64,000 nucleotides of DNA from an uncultured Lachnospiraceae bacterium (GCA_950097145.1 CATNCF010000010.1:536-64535), one strand, 5' to 3'. Positions 9,905 to 19,853 are shown, numbered from the stretch's first letter. Translations and numbers: made by a program. Notes: generated by a model not told the origin, from the sequence alone.

Positions 9905-10426
9905 CTAAATCACCTCAATCTGGCACATCTCCATGGTAAGCAATGCCGCCTGATGGGATTCAGGCGTAACGCCTGCACAGCACCCTGCATCCACCTTTAT
10001 CGTACGTTCCGGCATCGCTGCCTTTAGCAGAAGGGCGTTGCTGACCACACAGATATCCGTGCACAGTCCCGCCAATTCAATCTCCAATGGCTCTTTTTCA
10101 TTTTCTTTCTGCAAAAGCTCCATCAATTCCATGGAACCAAAAGAGGGTTTATCAATAATATGGGAAGGTTCTGCCAGTTTCTCAATTTCCGGATGCAGTT
10201 TCCACCCTTCCGTGTCCTGGACACAATGAACCACAGGAAGCTTCTTCCCTTCGGCAGTGTCCAGATAATTTTCACTATGGGTATCTCTGGTCACATAAAC
10301 ATTTGATTTCTTATAGGCTTTCATTTTCTCAATCACCGGATTTACAATTTTCTGAGCCTCAATCGTTCCCAGGGCGCCGTCAATAAAATCCTTCTGCATA
10401 TCCACCACAACTAAAATCCTGCGCAT
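9905..10426 (-). CDS. Isochorismatase/nicotinamidase-family cysteine hydrolase
   Basis: VVDMQKDF, TRDTH, HC, IDK, GLCTDICV motifs. Confidence 0.9.
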   Translation of the reverse strand: MRRILVVVDMQKDFIDGALGTIEAQKIVNPVIEKMKAYKKSNVYVTRDTHSENYLDTAEGKKLPVVHCVQDTEGWKLHPEIEKLAEPSHIIDKPSFGSMELMELLQKENEKEPLEIELAGLCTDICVVSNALLLKAAMPERTIKVDAGCCAGVTPESHQAALLTMEMCQIEVI

Positions 10427-10449
10427 TTCCTGCCTCCTTATGGGTAAAC

Positions 10450-10974
10450 TTATTTTCGGAAATATTCTGACCTTCCGGCACAGGAAGTGCTGATGGACTC
10501 AATGGCCACTCCTCCGCCCCGGACAATCTCAATCTGCTTAAATTTACTTTTCAATAGATCAATCAATTCATTATTCCGCCGTTCCGTCATTTTACATTCC
10601 AGCAGAATACTGTCCGTGCCAATGTCGGACACTTCCACATGGAATACCTGTGCGATCTGGAACAATTCCGCCTTATCTTCCACCGTGCATTCTTTGACCT
10701 TTGCAAACAAAATCTCCTTCATGTGAATGGGTTTATCCGTAAAATCCATTACCTTAATGACTTCCACCATCCGGTTCAACTGCTTTTTAATCTGTTCAAA
10801 AGTAATATCGTCACTGGTCACGCAGATTGTCATACGGGAGACAGTCTCATCCTCAGTAGTCCCCACGGTAAGGCTCTGCATATTATAGGACTTCCCGGAA
10901 AAAAGACCGGAAATCTTAGCCAGGACACCCACCTGATTTTCCACATACAATGCAATCCATCTGTTCTTTGTCAT
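10450..10974 (-). CDS. ilvN: Acetolactate synthase small (regulatory) subunit
   Basis: ACT domain ENQVGVLAKISGLFS, SRMTI, EQIKKQLNR; directly follows ilvB. Confidence 0.9.
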   Translation of the reverse strand: MTKNRWIALYVENQVGVLAKISGLFSGKSYNMQSLTVGTTEDETVSRMTICVTSDDITFEQIKKQLNRMVEVIKVMDFTDKPIHMKEILFAKVKECTVEDKAELFQIAQVFHVEVSDIGTDSILLECKMTERRNNELIDLLKSKFKQIEIVRGGGVAIESISTSCAGRSEYFRK

Positions 10975-10992
10975 AATTCCTGTCTCCTTTCC

Positions 10993-12717
10993 TTATTTTA
11001 GAATCATCTCTGTCATGGGATTTCCCCCCTTGACCATCGGAAGCACAATTTCTTCCGTAGCAATCATAAATTCGATGAGTACAGGAGTGCCGCACTGTTT
11101 TGCCTGTTCAAAGGCGGGTGCAATCTCTTCTTCTTTGGTTACCCGGATACCGCAGGCTCCATAGCTTTCCGCCAGCTTTACAAAATCCGGTTCATAAGGC
11201 GGGCAGGCTGCATTCGGCCCTTTGCAGTCTCCTGGACACCCTTTTCTCCTTCTCAGGCAGGTAGCCTCATAGCGCTTGCCATAAAAAAGCTGCTGCATCT
11301 GGCGTACCATACCCAGATAATAATTATTAAAAATACAAACAATCACCTTGGCATCCTGGGCCATTGCCGTGGCAAGCTCCTGAAGATTCATCTGCATGCC
11401 GCCGTCGCCGCTGATACAGATCACGGTCTTATCTGGGCATCCGATTTTCGCTCCAATTGCCGCTGGGAATCCAAATCCCATCGTGCCCAGTCCCCCGGAG
11501 GTAATAAACTGTTTCTTCTCATTCAGTTCTATGTACTGGGTTGCCCACATCTGATGCTGTCCAACGTCTGTCACAATAATTCCTTCCTGGAGCTGCCGAT
11601 TCAGTTCTTCCAGAATCATTTGAGGCGTCATGCCCCGGTCCCGGCGCATTTCCAGAGGATTTTCCTGGTTCCACTCCTGAATCTGCTCCATCCATTCCTG
11701 TGTCTGCTGCGGCTCCGCCCACTCTAACAGCTTCTCCAGAGCCAGATTTGCATCCGCCACAATGGGCACATCCACTACTACATTTCTGGAAATGGAAGCT
11801 GTGTCAATATCCACATGGACAATCTGCGCCTTTGGTGCAAACTCATTGAGATCTCCGGTAATCCGGTCATTAAACCTGGTACCAATGGAAAACAGCACAT
11901 CACATTCACCTACCGCCATGTTGGCCGCATACCGCCCATGCATACCGCTGTTTCCCACATAACAGGGATGGTCTGTGGGGACAGCTCCTTTTCCCATCAC
12001 GGTAGTTACCACTGGAACCCTAGTTTTTTCCACCAATTCCAGCATTTTATCATTTGCCCTGGCAATATTGATGCCGCCGCCTATCAAAAACAAAGGTCTT
12101 TTAGCCGACTTTAAGAGCTTATAGCCCTTCTTCAACTGTCCGATATGGACACTCTCATTGGGTTTATACCCCCGGATAGCCACAGACAAGGGATACTCGC
12201 CCGGTCCCATGGCCGTCTGAATATCCTTAGGCAGATCAATCAATACCGGGCCAGGCCTGCCCGTCTTTGCAATATGGAATGCCATCTTTAAGATTTTGCC
12301 CAGATCTTTCCGATCCCGGACTGTCACGCCATATTTGGTGATGCTCCTGGTCATACCCACAATATCCACTTCCTGAAACGCATCATTTCCAATTAAATTC
12401 AACGGTACCTGCCCGGTAATACATACCAGCGGAATACTGTCATAATGGGCGTCGGCCAGCCCGGTAATAATATTAGTAGCCCCTGGGCCGCTGGTTACAA
12501 TACAGACTCCTGTCCTTCCTGTGGCACGGGCATATCCTTCCGCCTCATGAACCAGTCCCTGCTCATGGCGGGGCAGAACCAGTGAGATTTCCTCATGTTT
12601 ATACAATTCATCCATAATATCAGTTACCATTCCTCCAGGGTAACCAAATACGGTATCTACGCCTTCTTCCAGCAGCGCCTTTACAAACAGTTTTCTTCCT
12701 GTTATATCCATTGCCAT
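10993..12717 (-). CDS. ilvB: Acetolactate synthase large subunit
   Basis: FGYPGG, RHEQ, TSGPGATN, DAFQE, DVGQHQMW, SGGLGTMG, GDGG...NN TPP motif. Confidence 0.95.
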   Translation of the reverse strand: MAMDITGRKLFVKALLEEGVDTVFGYPGGMVTDIMDELYKHEEISLVLPRHEQGLVHEAEGYARATGRTGVCIVTSGPGATNIITGLADAHYDSIPLVCITGQVPLNLIGNDAFQEVDIVGMTRSITKYGVTVRDRKDLGKILKMAFHIAKTGRPGPVLIDLPKDIQTAMGPGEYPLSVAIRGYKPNESVHIGQLKKGYKLLKSAKRPLFLIGGGINIARANDKMLELVEKTRVPVVTTVMGKGAVPTDHPCYVGNSGMHGRYAANMAVGECDVLFSIGTRFNDRITGDLNEFAPKAQIVHVDIDTASISRNVVVDVPIVADANLALEKLLEWAEPQQTQEWMEQIQEWNQENPLEMRRDRGMTPQMILEELNRQLQEGIIVTDVGQHQMWATQYIELNEKKQFITSGGLGTMGFGFPAAIGAKIGCPDKTVICISGDGGMQMNLQELATAMAQDAKVIVCIFNNYYLGMVRQMQQLFYGKRYEATCLRRRKGCPGDCKGPNAACPPYEPDFVKLAESYGACGIRVTKEEEIAPAFEQAKQCGTPVLIEFMIATEEIVLPMVKGGNPMTEMILK

Positions 12718-12790
12718 CTCTATCACCTCTATAAAATGTTTTCCTGTTATTGTAACAGATAAATTCAGATTGTGGAAGTCCCTTTTTCTC

Positions 12791-13741
12791 TCAAATCCAT
12801 CCCGCTGTTTTCAGCAAAAAAATCCACCCTGTCAGGGTGAAAGAAGCCAGGAGTGTTGTCATCACCACAATACTGGCTGTCAATGTTCCATCATTTCTCA
12901 TGTTTTTCGCCATAATGTAACAACTGGGCGTCGTGGGGCTTGCCAGCATAATTAATATTCCGATCATCTTCTCTCCGGTAAATCCCATTGCCGCCGCCAC
13001 CGGAACCAGCAGCGCCGGCTGTACCACCAGCTTGATAATAGCCGACGCAAAACTGGGTTTTATCTTGGCAAGGGCTTTCCTGCCCTCATAGCCCGCCCCC
13101 AGTGAAATCAAAGCCAGGGGCGTCGCCATCTGCGCAATATTGGCTATTGTCTTATTCACGATTACCGGGAAGGATATACGAAACAGCGATACCAGCAAAC
13201 CAATAAATATACTGATAATAATAGGATTTCTCAGGATATTCAAAAATGCCCGGCGGATTTTCACCCAAGTGTCTGTTCTGTCTTCTGTTTCCCCCTCAAA
13301 GGTCAGCACAATGACAGAATAAATATTGTACAGGGGAACCGCCCCGATAATCATCAGAGGCCCCATAGCCGACTGCCCATACAAATTTTGAATAAATGCC
13401 AGTCCCATTACTGCTGCGCTGCTTCGGAAGGAAGCCTGGACAAAAGCGCCTGTCATGGTCTTGTCCTTTAAAAATAACTTTGCCCCGCCCCAGATCAGCC
13501 AGAAACACACAGAACTTGCAATGGCACAGAACATCACATATCTTAAGTCAAATACTGCCCGGATGTCTACCGAAGCAATATCCCGAAACAGCAGAACCGG
13601 AAGGGTCACATTAAAATTAAACTTATTTGCCACAGCGGCAAAATTATCATTCAGCATTCCAGTCTGCCTCAGCCCCCATCCCAGTACCATCACTAGGAAA
13701 ATCGGAATCGTTACATTGAGGCTGAATATAAAATTTTCCAT
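12791..13741 (-). CDS. AEC (auxin efflux carrier) family transporter
   Basis: About 10 TM helices; LP-LLF, PLALISLG, KLVVQP, ASPT motifs. Confidence 0.85.
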   Translation of the reverse strand: MENFIFSLNVTIPIFLVMVLGWGLRQTGMLNDNFAAVANKFNFNVTLPVLLFRDIASVDIRAVFDLRYVMFCAIASSVCFWLIWGGAKLFLKDKTMTGAFVQASFRSSAAVMGLAFIQNLYGQSAMGPLMIIGAVPLYNIYSVIVLTFEGETEDRTDTWVKIRRAFLNILRNPIIISIFIGLLVSLFRISFPVIVNKTIANIAQMATPLALISLGAGYEGRKALAKIKPSFASAIIKLVVQPALLVPVAAAMGFTGEKMIGILIMLASPTTPSCYIMAKNMRNDGTLTASIVVMTTLLASFTLTGWIFLLKTAGWI

Positions 13742-14236
13742 TTATATGCGCTTCCTCTCATACTTCTGAAAATAATATTCCAGATCAAAATAAGTCTGTT
13801 CTTCGCTTTCTTCTGCCAATTCCCAGGCTTCTATATGATCAAGATTAGGAAACCAGGCGTCCGCCTGATATTCGTAATCAATTTTGGTAATGAGGGCGGT
13901 ATCGCACTGATCCAATAGCTGTCTGTATATGCTCTCCCCGCCAATCACATAGATCTCCTCACTGGCATACTCCTCCAGTTTTTGAAAAAGCTCCTCCATG
14001 CTGTACACCAGAACCGCATCCTTTACTTTATAATTCCTGTCTGTTGTAAGCACAATATTGGTACGGTTCTTCAAAGGCTGCCCCCCTGGAAAGCTCTCCA
14101 ACGTCTTTCTTCCCATAACCACTACTTTTCCTGTGGTAATCTGACGGAACCGCTTCATATCATCAGGAATCCGCACCAATAACGCATTGTTCAGCCCAAT
14201 TCCCCAATTTCTGTCCACTGCCGCAATTAAATTCAT
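13742..14236 (-). CDS. folA: Dihydrofolate reductase
   Basis: IAAVDRNWGIG, VMGRKTLES, PLKNRTNIVL, VIGGESIY, DAWFP. Confidence 0.95.
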   Translation of the reverse strand: MNLIAAVDRNWGIGLNNALLVRIPDDMKRFRQITTGKVVVMGRKTLESFPGGQPLKNRTNIVLTTDRNYKVKDAVLVYSMEELFQKLEEYASEEIYVIGGESIYRQLLDQCDTALITKIDYEYQADAWFPNLDHIEAWELAEESEEQTYFDLEYYFQKYERKRI

Positions 14237-14250
14237 AATTCCCTCCTAAA

Positions 14251-15099
14251 CTATACCGCAACGGGAATATCCCGAAGCTGCGGTCCTGTCACATAATTGT
14301 CAAGCCTCACATCGCCGCTGGTAAACTCATAGAAATCCTTGATTTCCGGATTCAGCCAGAATACAGGGGCTTCATTTGTCTGCCTTGCAATCAGTTCTTT
14401 CACCAATGGGATATGACGGTCGTAAATATGTGCATCGGCAATCACATGAACCAGCTCTCCCACTTCCATGCCGCTGACCTGGGCCAGCATATGCATCAAT
14501 ACGGCATACTGGCACACATTCCAGTTATTTGCCGTTAGAATATCCTGGGAACGCTGATTCAAAATAGCATTCAGAACTAATTTTTCCTGTCCCGGCTTCT
14601 GCGTTACATTAAATGTCATACTGTAGGCGCAAGGGTAGAGATTCATTTCATTTAAATCCTGATGCACATACAAATTCGTCATAATCCGGCGGCTGAAGGG
14701 ATTATGTTTCAAATCATACAGCACTCTGTCAACCTGATCCATCATGCCTTCTTTATACTGATGCTTTACCCCCATCTGATAACCATATGCTTTCCCAATA
14801 GAACCTGTCTCGTCTGCCCACGCGTCCCATATATGGCTGTTTAATTCATGGATATTATTGGATTTCTTCTGCCAGATCCAGAGCATCTCATCCGTACAGC
14901 TTTTGATGGCGGTTCTGCGCAGGGTAATTGCCGGAAATTCTTCCGCTAGTTGATAGCGGTTCACTACGCCAAATTTCTTAATGGTATACGCGCTGGTTCC
15001 ATCCTCCCAGTGCGGGCGGACCTTCTCTCCTTCTGTGCTGACGCCGTGCTCCAGAATATCCTGGCACATATCTATAAAAATGCGATCTGCTAAACTCAT
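14251..15099 (-). CDS. thyA: Thymidylate synthase
   Basis: IWDAWAD, YGYQ, SRR, LYPC (catalytic Cys), QRSQD, DAHIYDRH. Confidence 0.95.
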   Translation of the reverse strand: MSLADRIFIDMCQDILEHGVSTEGEKVRPHWEDGTSAYTIKKFGVVNRYQLAEEFPAITLRRTAIKSCTDEMLWIWQKKSNNIHELNSHIWDAWADETGSIGKAYGYQMGVKHQYKEGMMDQVDRVLYDLKHNPFSRRIMTNLYVHQDLNEMNLYPCAYSMTFNVTQKPGQEKLVLNAILNQRSQDILTANNWNVCQYAVLMHMLAQVSGMEVGELVHVIADAHIYDRHIPLVKELIARQTNEAPVFWLNPEIKDFYEFTSGDVRLDNYVTGPQLRDIPVAV

Positions 15100-15269
15100 A
15101 ACTGCCTCCTGATCTCTATTTACGGTGAACTGTAAAAATATTATATTTATTTCTCATAAACTCAAATGCAGTACCCTTCTTGTATTAATACATTAATGTT
15201 ACTGCCATTGTAACATGAAGCAATCCTCAAGTAAACGATAGTTTACAAATCTTGGGTTGTTTCACGAAG

Positions 15270-15416
15270 GTTGTTATTCACGGCCAGGGGGGACGCTCAT
15301 AGTAACGATTCGGGGCGATATTTATAGTTTTGCTTCGCAAAAATCGCCCCTCATGCCTGAATCTTATTCTTACGGAATGTGCAGCCCGTGCGTATTCCTG
15401 ACCCGTGAAAAGTAAC
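15270..15416. mobile_element. Short IR-bounded intergenic element (MITE/REP-like), degenerate
   Basis: Ends GTTGTTATTCACGG / CCGTGAAAAGTAAC; internal hairpins GGGGCGAT..ATCGCCCC and TTTTGC-ttc-GCAAAA; GC-rich within an AT-rich intergenic region. Confidence 0.55.
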
Positions 15417-15519
15417 AACTGACACTACAATTTTTATTTTTTTATCAAAAGTTCAAGACTTTTTCACAAAATTGGTGTATACTGAGAACAGAAAATTATG
15501 AACTAAGGAGAATTATCAT

Positions 15520-15783
15520 ATGAGTCAGGCAAAAGTAGACCGTTATAAAAATGAAAAAGCAAACCGCAAGAAGAATATGAAAAAGCAGAAAGCAAAAAAC
15601 GCTATCGCCGCAGCCTGCGGTACCGTGGTATGTATCGCAGTAGTGGGCTGGATAGGCTATTCTGCCTATGGATATTTCCGCACAGGAGATGATAAAAGCA
15701 CTCCAACACAGACAGAAGTAAATCTGGATGCCCTCAGTAATTATATCAGCACACTGCACACTTCAGACAGTACGGCTGAGTAA
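15520..15783 (+). CDS. Small basic membrane-anchored hypothetical protein
   Basis: AAGGAG RBS; Lys-rich N-terminus, one TM helix. Confidence 0.75.
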   Translation: MSQAKVDRYKNEKANRKKNMKKQKAKNAIAAACGTVVCIAVVGWIGYSAYGYFRTGDDKSTPTQTEVNLDALSNYISTLHTSDSTAE

Positions 15784-15792
15784 TCTTTTAAA

Positions 15793-15900
15793 GCACAGGG
15801 GCTGTTGCAAAACGAGAGATTTCTACACGATATGGTACAAATTCTTTTGCATTGTTACGATATCGTGTAGAATTCCTGTATTCTGCAGCAGCCCCTGTGC
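15793..15900. repeat. 108-bp long imperfect hairpin between convergent genes
   Basis: GCACAGGGGCTGTTGCA ... TGCAGCAGCCCCTGTGC outer arms plus TTCTACACGATAT ... ATATCGTGTAGAA inner arms. Confidence 0.75.
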
Positions 15901-15999
15901 CGTGCCGGGCACAATTGCAAAGCAATATATTCTTCTTATGCGAGTGCGGATATGATTTTTGATTCCATCCCCCGGTACTGAAACACAGAGCAGCTTTTC

Positions 16000-16626
16000 T
16001 TACCAGACAGACAGGGAATCCTTTGGATTCTCATCTTCAAATTCAAACACGCACCTCTCGTATGCGTTGATGATATGAGTATCTTCATATTTATCATACC
16101 GCTTATAGCATCTGCCATATGTCAGATGCACATGTCCATGAAGAAAATATTTCGGACGGTATTTCTCCATCAGGGTACGGAATACCTGAAATCCCTGGTG
16201 CGGCAGATCACGGCCGTCGTTCAACTGATAAGCCGGCGCATGGGTCACTAATATGTCGAATCCGCGTTTTCGAAACAACTGAAACTTCAGTTTTGACGCC
16301 CTCTGTTTCATCTGCCAGTCTGTATACTGATATTTTCCTGAGTTGTACCGCATAGAGCCTCCAAGCCCCAGAATCCGCACACCCTGATAGACATAAATTT
16401 GATCTTCAATGCAGACGCAGCCGTCTGGAGGGGAATCGTCATATTTTCCGTCATGGTTCCCATGCACATATAACACGGGGACAGAAGAAAGGGTCACTAA
16501 AAAGGAAAGGTAATTGGGATCCAGATCTCCACAGGAGATAATCAGATCAATACCCTCAAATATTCTCTTGTCAAAATATTCCCATAAATACTTGGATTCT
16601 TCATCTGCAATTGCCAGTATCTTCAT
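16000..16626 (-). CDS. Calcineurin-like metallophosphoesterase
   Basis: ADE, CGDL, HGNHD, THAP, HGHVH metal-binding motifs. Confidence 0.9.
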   Translation of the reverse strand: MKILAIADEESKYLWEYFDKRIFEGIDLIISCGDLDPNYLSFLVTLSSVPVLYVHGNHDGKYDDSPPDGCVCIEDQIYVYQGVRILGLGGSMRYNSGKYQYTDWQMKQRASKLKFQLFRKRGFDILVTHAPAYQLNDGRDLPHQGFQVFRTLMEKYRPKYFLHGHVHLTYGRCYKRYDKYEDTHIINAYERCVFEFEDENPKDSLSVW

Positions 16627-16633
16627 GGTAGGA

Positions 16634-18550
16634 TCAGCCTTCCTTTTTCTTTACTCCCTGCTGTTTCATCACAGGTTCCGCCTGCTCTTTTAACTCTTCC
16701 TTAGGCGGAATAACGCCCACAACATTTTCTGCAAGCCAGTCCATGGTCATAATCTCTTCCGGCGTCAAGCTAAGATCGGGATCATCCAGAACCACCCCCG
16801 TCTGGGAATATAAAATTCCCGCAAAAGGATTAAACGTCTCCGCACTGATAGAAGTTTTCAAAAGCCCTGCCAGCCGTTTCAGCCCAATGGGAAGATACTT
16901 GGAGAAAACCACGTCCACCACGCCTTCTGACATTCCCCACCAGTAATTAATCGCCTTTTTCACCGGAGCGTCGTCATCATATTTCCAGGTCCCGTCCATA
17001 ATAGTCCAAATCAGCCGCTCATAAAACTTGCCCCAATGCCACAGAGGCATTGCAAAATTCCTGAGCCGTCCCTCATTAATATGGTAAATGCCAAAAAACC
17101 GGGAAGCCTCCTCTGGAATCGTCATATCCTTTCCTGATACACAGGAAGAACCAATTTCCCGGATCCGCTCCTCAATATCCATCTCTTTCTTGGCGGACCA
17201 TTCCAAATACACCTTTGAACGGGGATTAATCATCTTTGCACCCAGAGCAAAGGCATTGATATTTGCAATCGATCCATAGATGGGATAATCCGCAATGTAA
17301 GTCAGACGGTTATTCTCCGCCATAGCCCCTGCAATAGCTCCTACTAAAAATTTTGCCTCATACATCCGGGAATAATACGTGCGAATATAGCGGTGGGAGG
17401 TATTCAAGGAACAATTTAAAATACGAACCTTTGGATTGGCAATGGCTGCCTTCACACTGGCCTGTGCAAAAGGAGGCGTTGTAGTAAAAATCAAATCACA
17501 TCCTGCATTCACAGCGTCTTCCAATAAGGAATCTATATTTTCCCTGGTTCCATTTTCATAGGTCATGGTATGTACCTCATCTGGAAAGGTCTGTTCCAGA
17601 TGAAGCCTGCCCAGCTCATGGGCATAGGTCCATGCTGAAGTCCCGGGGGTTTTCTCATAGATAAATGCAATCTTCAGCTTCCGCGTCCCGGGAGCATGCA
17701 GATGCAGAATGCTGAACAATGATTTTTTCTTCTGGTTCGGTTTCATTTTCAAATCAATTTCTGATTCCTGTCCCAGAAGCATAAACTCCTCCCAGCTCTT
17801 TGTAATCAACGTCTGCATTTCCCTGGTGGTTTTCTGATCAATGGCGTCATATCCATACAGGGTAATAAAGGCCAGAAATGCATCCCCCGGCGCAATTTTC
17901 AGCTTATCTCCGCCTTTTTCCTGATATTGCGAAGTAAACCTTGCGTAAATAGAACTGAACTTCAGAAGTTCTTCCTCTGACCACCGTTCCTCCGGCTCTT
18001 TCCCCACGGCCTCCTGCAGTTTCGCATACCCGCCCTCCTGGGTAAACCAGATATAATTAATGGGTGCATATTGATAGAAATCCAGAAATTCATAATACAT
18101 CTTATTTTCTTTTTCCTGGGTGCGTTTGGGGATAATACGGGTGACAGTTCCCAAAATTGACACAGCCCCGGAATATTTCATTACACTGACTCTTTTATTG
18201 CCCTCCACCACATAAAATTTATGCATATATTCATAAGCCTTAATAGGTTCACGGATTCCCTCTTCCACATGGGAATCCAGCAGGTTCCCCCATTTAACGG
18301 CAAATTCTGTATCTTCCCGCAGGATCGGCATAAAATTTCCAGCAAAGGAACTGCTTCTTGCGAAGGTCTTTGTCCCCGCAATCTGCTCGATTGGAATCTG
18401 CACCAGGCCAATGGGAGTCTCAGAATAAGAACTCCTGTCCGGCAGAATATCATCCAGCACCTGCAAGATGGGTTTCGCTCCCCGGAGCAGCCGCATTTGA
18501 TAATCCTTCTTCCCTAGTTTCAGCGCCTTCCTGTATTCTTCTTTGCCCAT
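16634..18550 (-). CDS. Cytoplasmic fusion: N-terminal ParB/Srx-like domain + C-terminal BMP/PnrA-like ligand-binding domain
   Basis: PIKAYEYMHKFYVVEGNKR (ParB-fold GxxR); C-terminal half KIAFIY...SAWTYAHELGR, DLIFTT, YEAKFLVGAIAG, INAFALGA typical of BMP proteins; no signal peptide or lipobox. Confidence 0.75.
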   Translation of the reverse strand: MGKEEYRKALKLGKKDYQMRLLRGAKPILQVLDDILPDRSSYSETPIGLVQIPIEQIAGTKTFARSSSFAGNFMPILREDTEFAVKWGNLLDSHVEEGIREPIKAYEYMHKFYVVEGNKRVSVMKYSGAVSILGTVTRIIPKRTQEKENKMYYEFLDFYQYAPINYIWFTQEGGYAKLQEAVGKEPEERWSEEELLKFSSIYARFTSQYQEKGGDKLKIAPGDAFLAFITLYGYDAIDQKTTREMQTLITKSWEEFMLLGQESEIDLKMKPNQKKKSLFSILHLHAPGTRKLKIAFIYEKTPGTSAWTYAHELGRLHLEQTFPDEVHTMTYENGTRENIDSLLEDAVNAGCDLIFTTTPPFAQASVKAAIANPKVRILNCSLNTSHRYIRTYYSRMYEAKFLVGAIAGAMAENNRLTYIADYPIYGSIANINAFALGAKMINPRSKVYLEWSAKKEMDIEERIREIGSSCVSGKDMTIPEEASRFFGIYHINEGRLRNFAMPLWHWGKFYERLIWTIMDGTWKYDDDAPVKKAINYWWGMSEGVVDVVFSKYLPIGLKRLAGLLKTSISAETFNPFAGILYSQTGVVLDDPDLSLTPEEIMTMDWLAENVVGVIPPKEELKEQAEPVMKQQGVKKKEG

Positions 18551-18607
18551 AGATCTCCTCCTGTTTCCTTTCTATCTTCCATATGTCCAAGATACTCCCA
18601 AAGATTT

Positions 18608-19819
18608 TTACAAATTTGTCCTCACCAGCTTCGGTTTATAGCCTTTGGCTTCCAATGCGTCCATAATCTGAGCTTTGTGCTCTGCGCCAAAAGCTTCCAT
18701 AGTAATCCGAAGTTCCACGGCTGCATTCCGGTTGGTGGTGACAAACTGATTATGCTCCAGCTTAATCACGTTCCCCTGCTGCACAGCAATGGTATCTGCA
18801 ACCTTGCTCAGTTCTCCCGGCTTATCCGGCAGAAGCACTGATACAGTAAAGATACGATCTCTGAAAATCAGTCCCTGCTGCACCACGGAGGACATAGTAA
18901 TCACATCCATGTTGCCGCCGCTTAAAATAGATACCACCCGCTTCTGCTGCACATTCAGGTGACGCAGAGCTGCAACTGTAAGAAGTCCGGAATTCTCCAC
19001 TATCATCTTATGGTTCTCCACCATATCCAAAAACGCAACGATCAGCTCGTCATCTTCCACTGTAATAATCTCATCCAGATTTTCCCGGATATATGGGAAA
19101 ATATTTTCACCTGGAGTCTTTACCGCCGTACCGTCTGCAATAGTGCTGACGCCTGGAAGCGTCACCACTTTCCCAGCCTCAAAGGACGCCTGCATACAGT
19201 TTGCACCTGCCGGTTCCACGCCAATCACTTTAATTTTGGGATTCAGCAGCTTTGCAAGGGCTGAAACTCCTGTGGCAAGCCCGCCTCCGCCGATGGGAAC
19301 CAGAATGTATTCTACCAGGGGAAGTTCTTTGAAAATCTCCATGGCAATGGTGCCCTGTCCCGTAGCAACTGCAAGATCGTCAAAAGGATGAATAAACGTA
19401 TAACCATGTTCTTCGGCTAATTCATATGCCTTATTGCATGCCTCGTCATAGACATCGCCATATAATATCACCTCAGCCCCATAAGATTTGGTGCGGTTTA
19501 CCTTAATCAGCGGCGTGGTAGTAGGCATTACGATAGCTGCCTTCACTCCAAAACATTTCGCCGCATAGGCGACGCCCTGGGCATGATTTCCCGCAGAAGC
19601 GGTAATAAGTCCCCGTTCCCGTTCTTCTTCGGTCAAAGTGCTGATCTTATAGTAAGCGCCCCGCACTTTATAAGCTCCCGTAAACTGCATATTTTCCGGC
19701 TTCAGATATACCTTATTTCCCGTCTGTTCGCTTAAGAAATCACTGTATACCAGCTTCGTTTCCAGCGTTACTTCCCCAACAATCCTGCTTGCCTCCTCAA
19801 ATTTATCCAATGTCAGCAT
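18608..19819 (-). CDS. ilvA: Threonine ammonia-lyase with C-terminal ACT domain
   Basis: LKPENMQFTGAYKVRGA, ASAGNHAQG, PIGGGGL, SGGN, LPDKPGEL; start moved to MLTLDKF. Confidence 0.92.
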   Translation of the reverse strand: MLTLDKFEEASRIVGEVTLETKLVYSDFLSEQTGNKVYLKPENMQFTGAYKVRGAYYKISTLTEEERERGLITASAGNHAQGVAYAAKCFGVKAAIVMPTTTPLIKVNRTKSYGAEVILYGDVYDEACNKAYELAEEHGYTFIHPFDDLAVATGQGTIAMEIFKELPLVEYILVPIGGGGLATGVSALAKLLNPKIKVIGVEPAGANCMQASFEAGKVVTLPGVSTIADGTAVKTPGENIFPYIRENLDEIITVEDDELIVAFLDMVENHKMIVENSGLLTVAALRHLNVQQKRVVSILSGGNMDVITMSSVVQQGLIFRDRIFTVSVLLPDKPGELSKVADTIAVQQGNVIKLEHNQFVTTNRNAAVELRITMEAFGAEHKAQIMDALEAKGYKPKLVRTNL

Positions 19820-19853
19820 CTTTCTCACTCTCCTGTTCTTTCCTCTATTTTGA

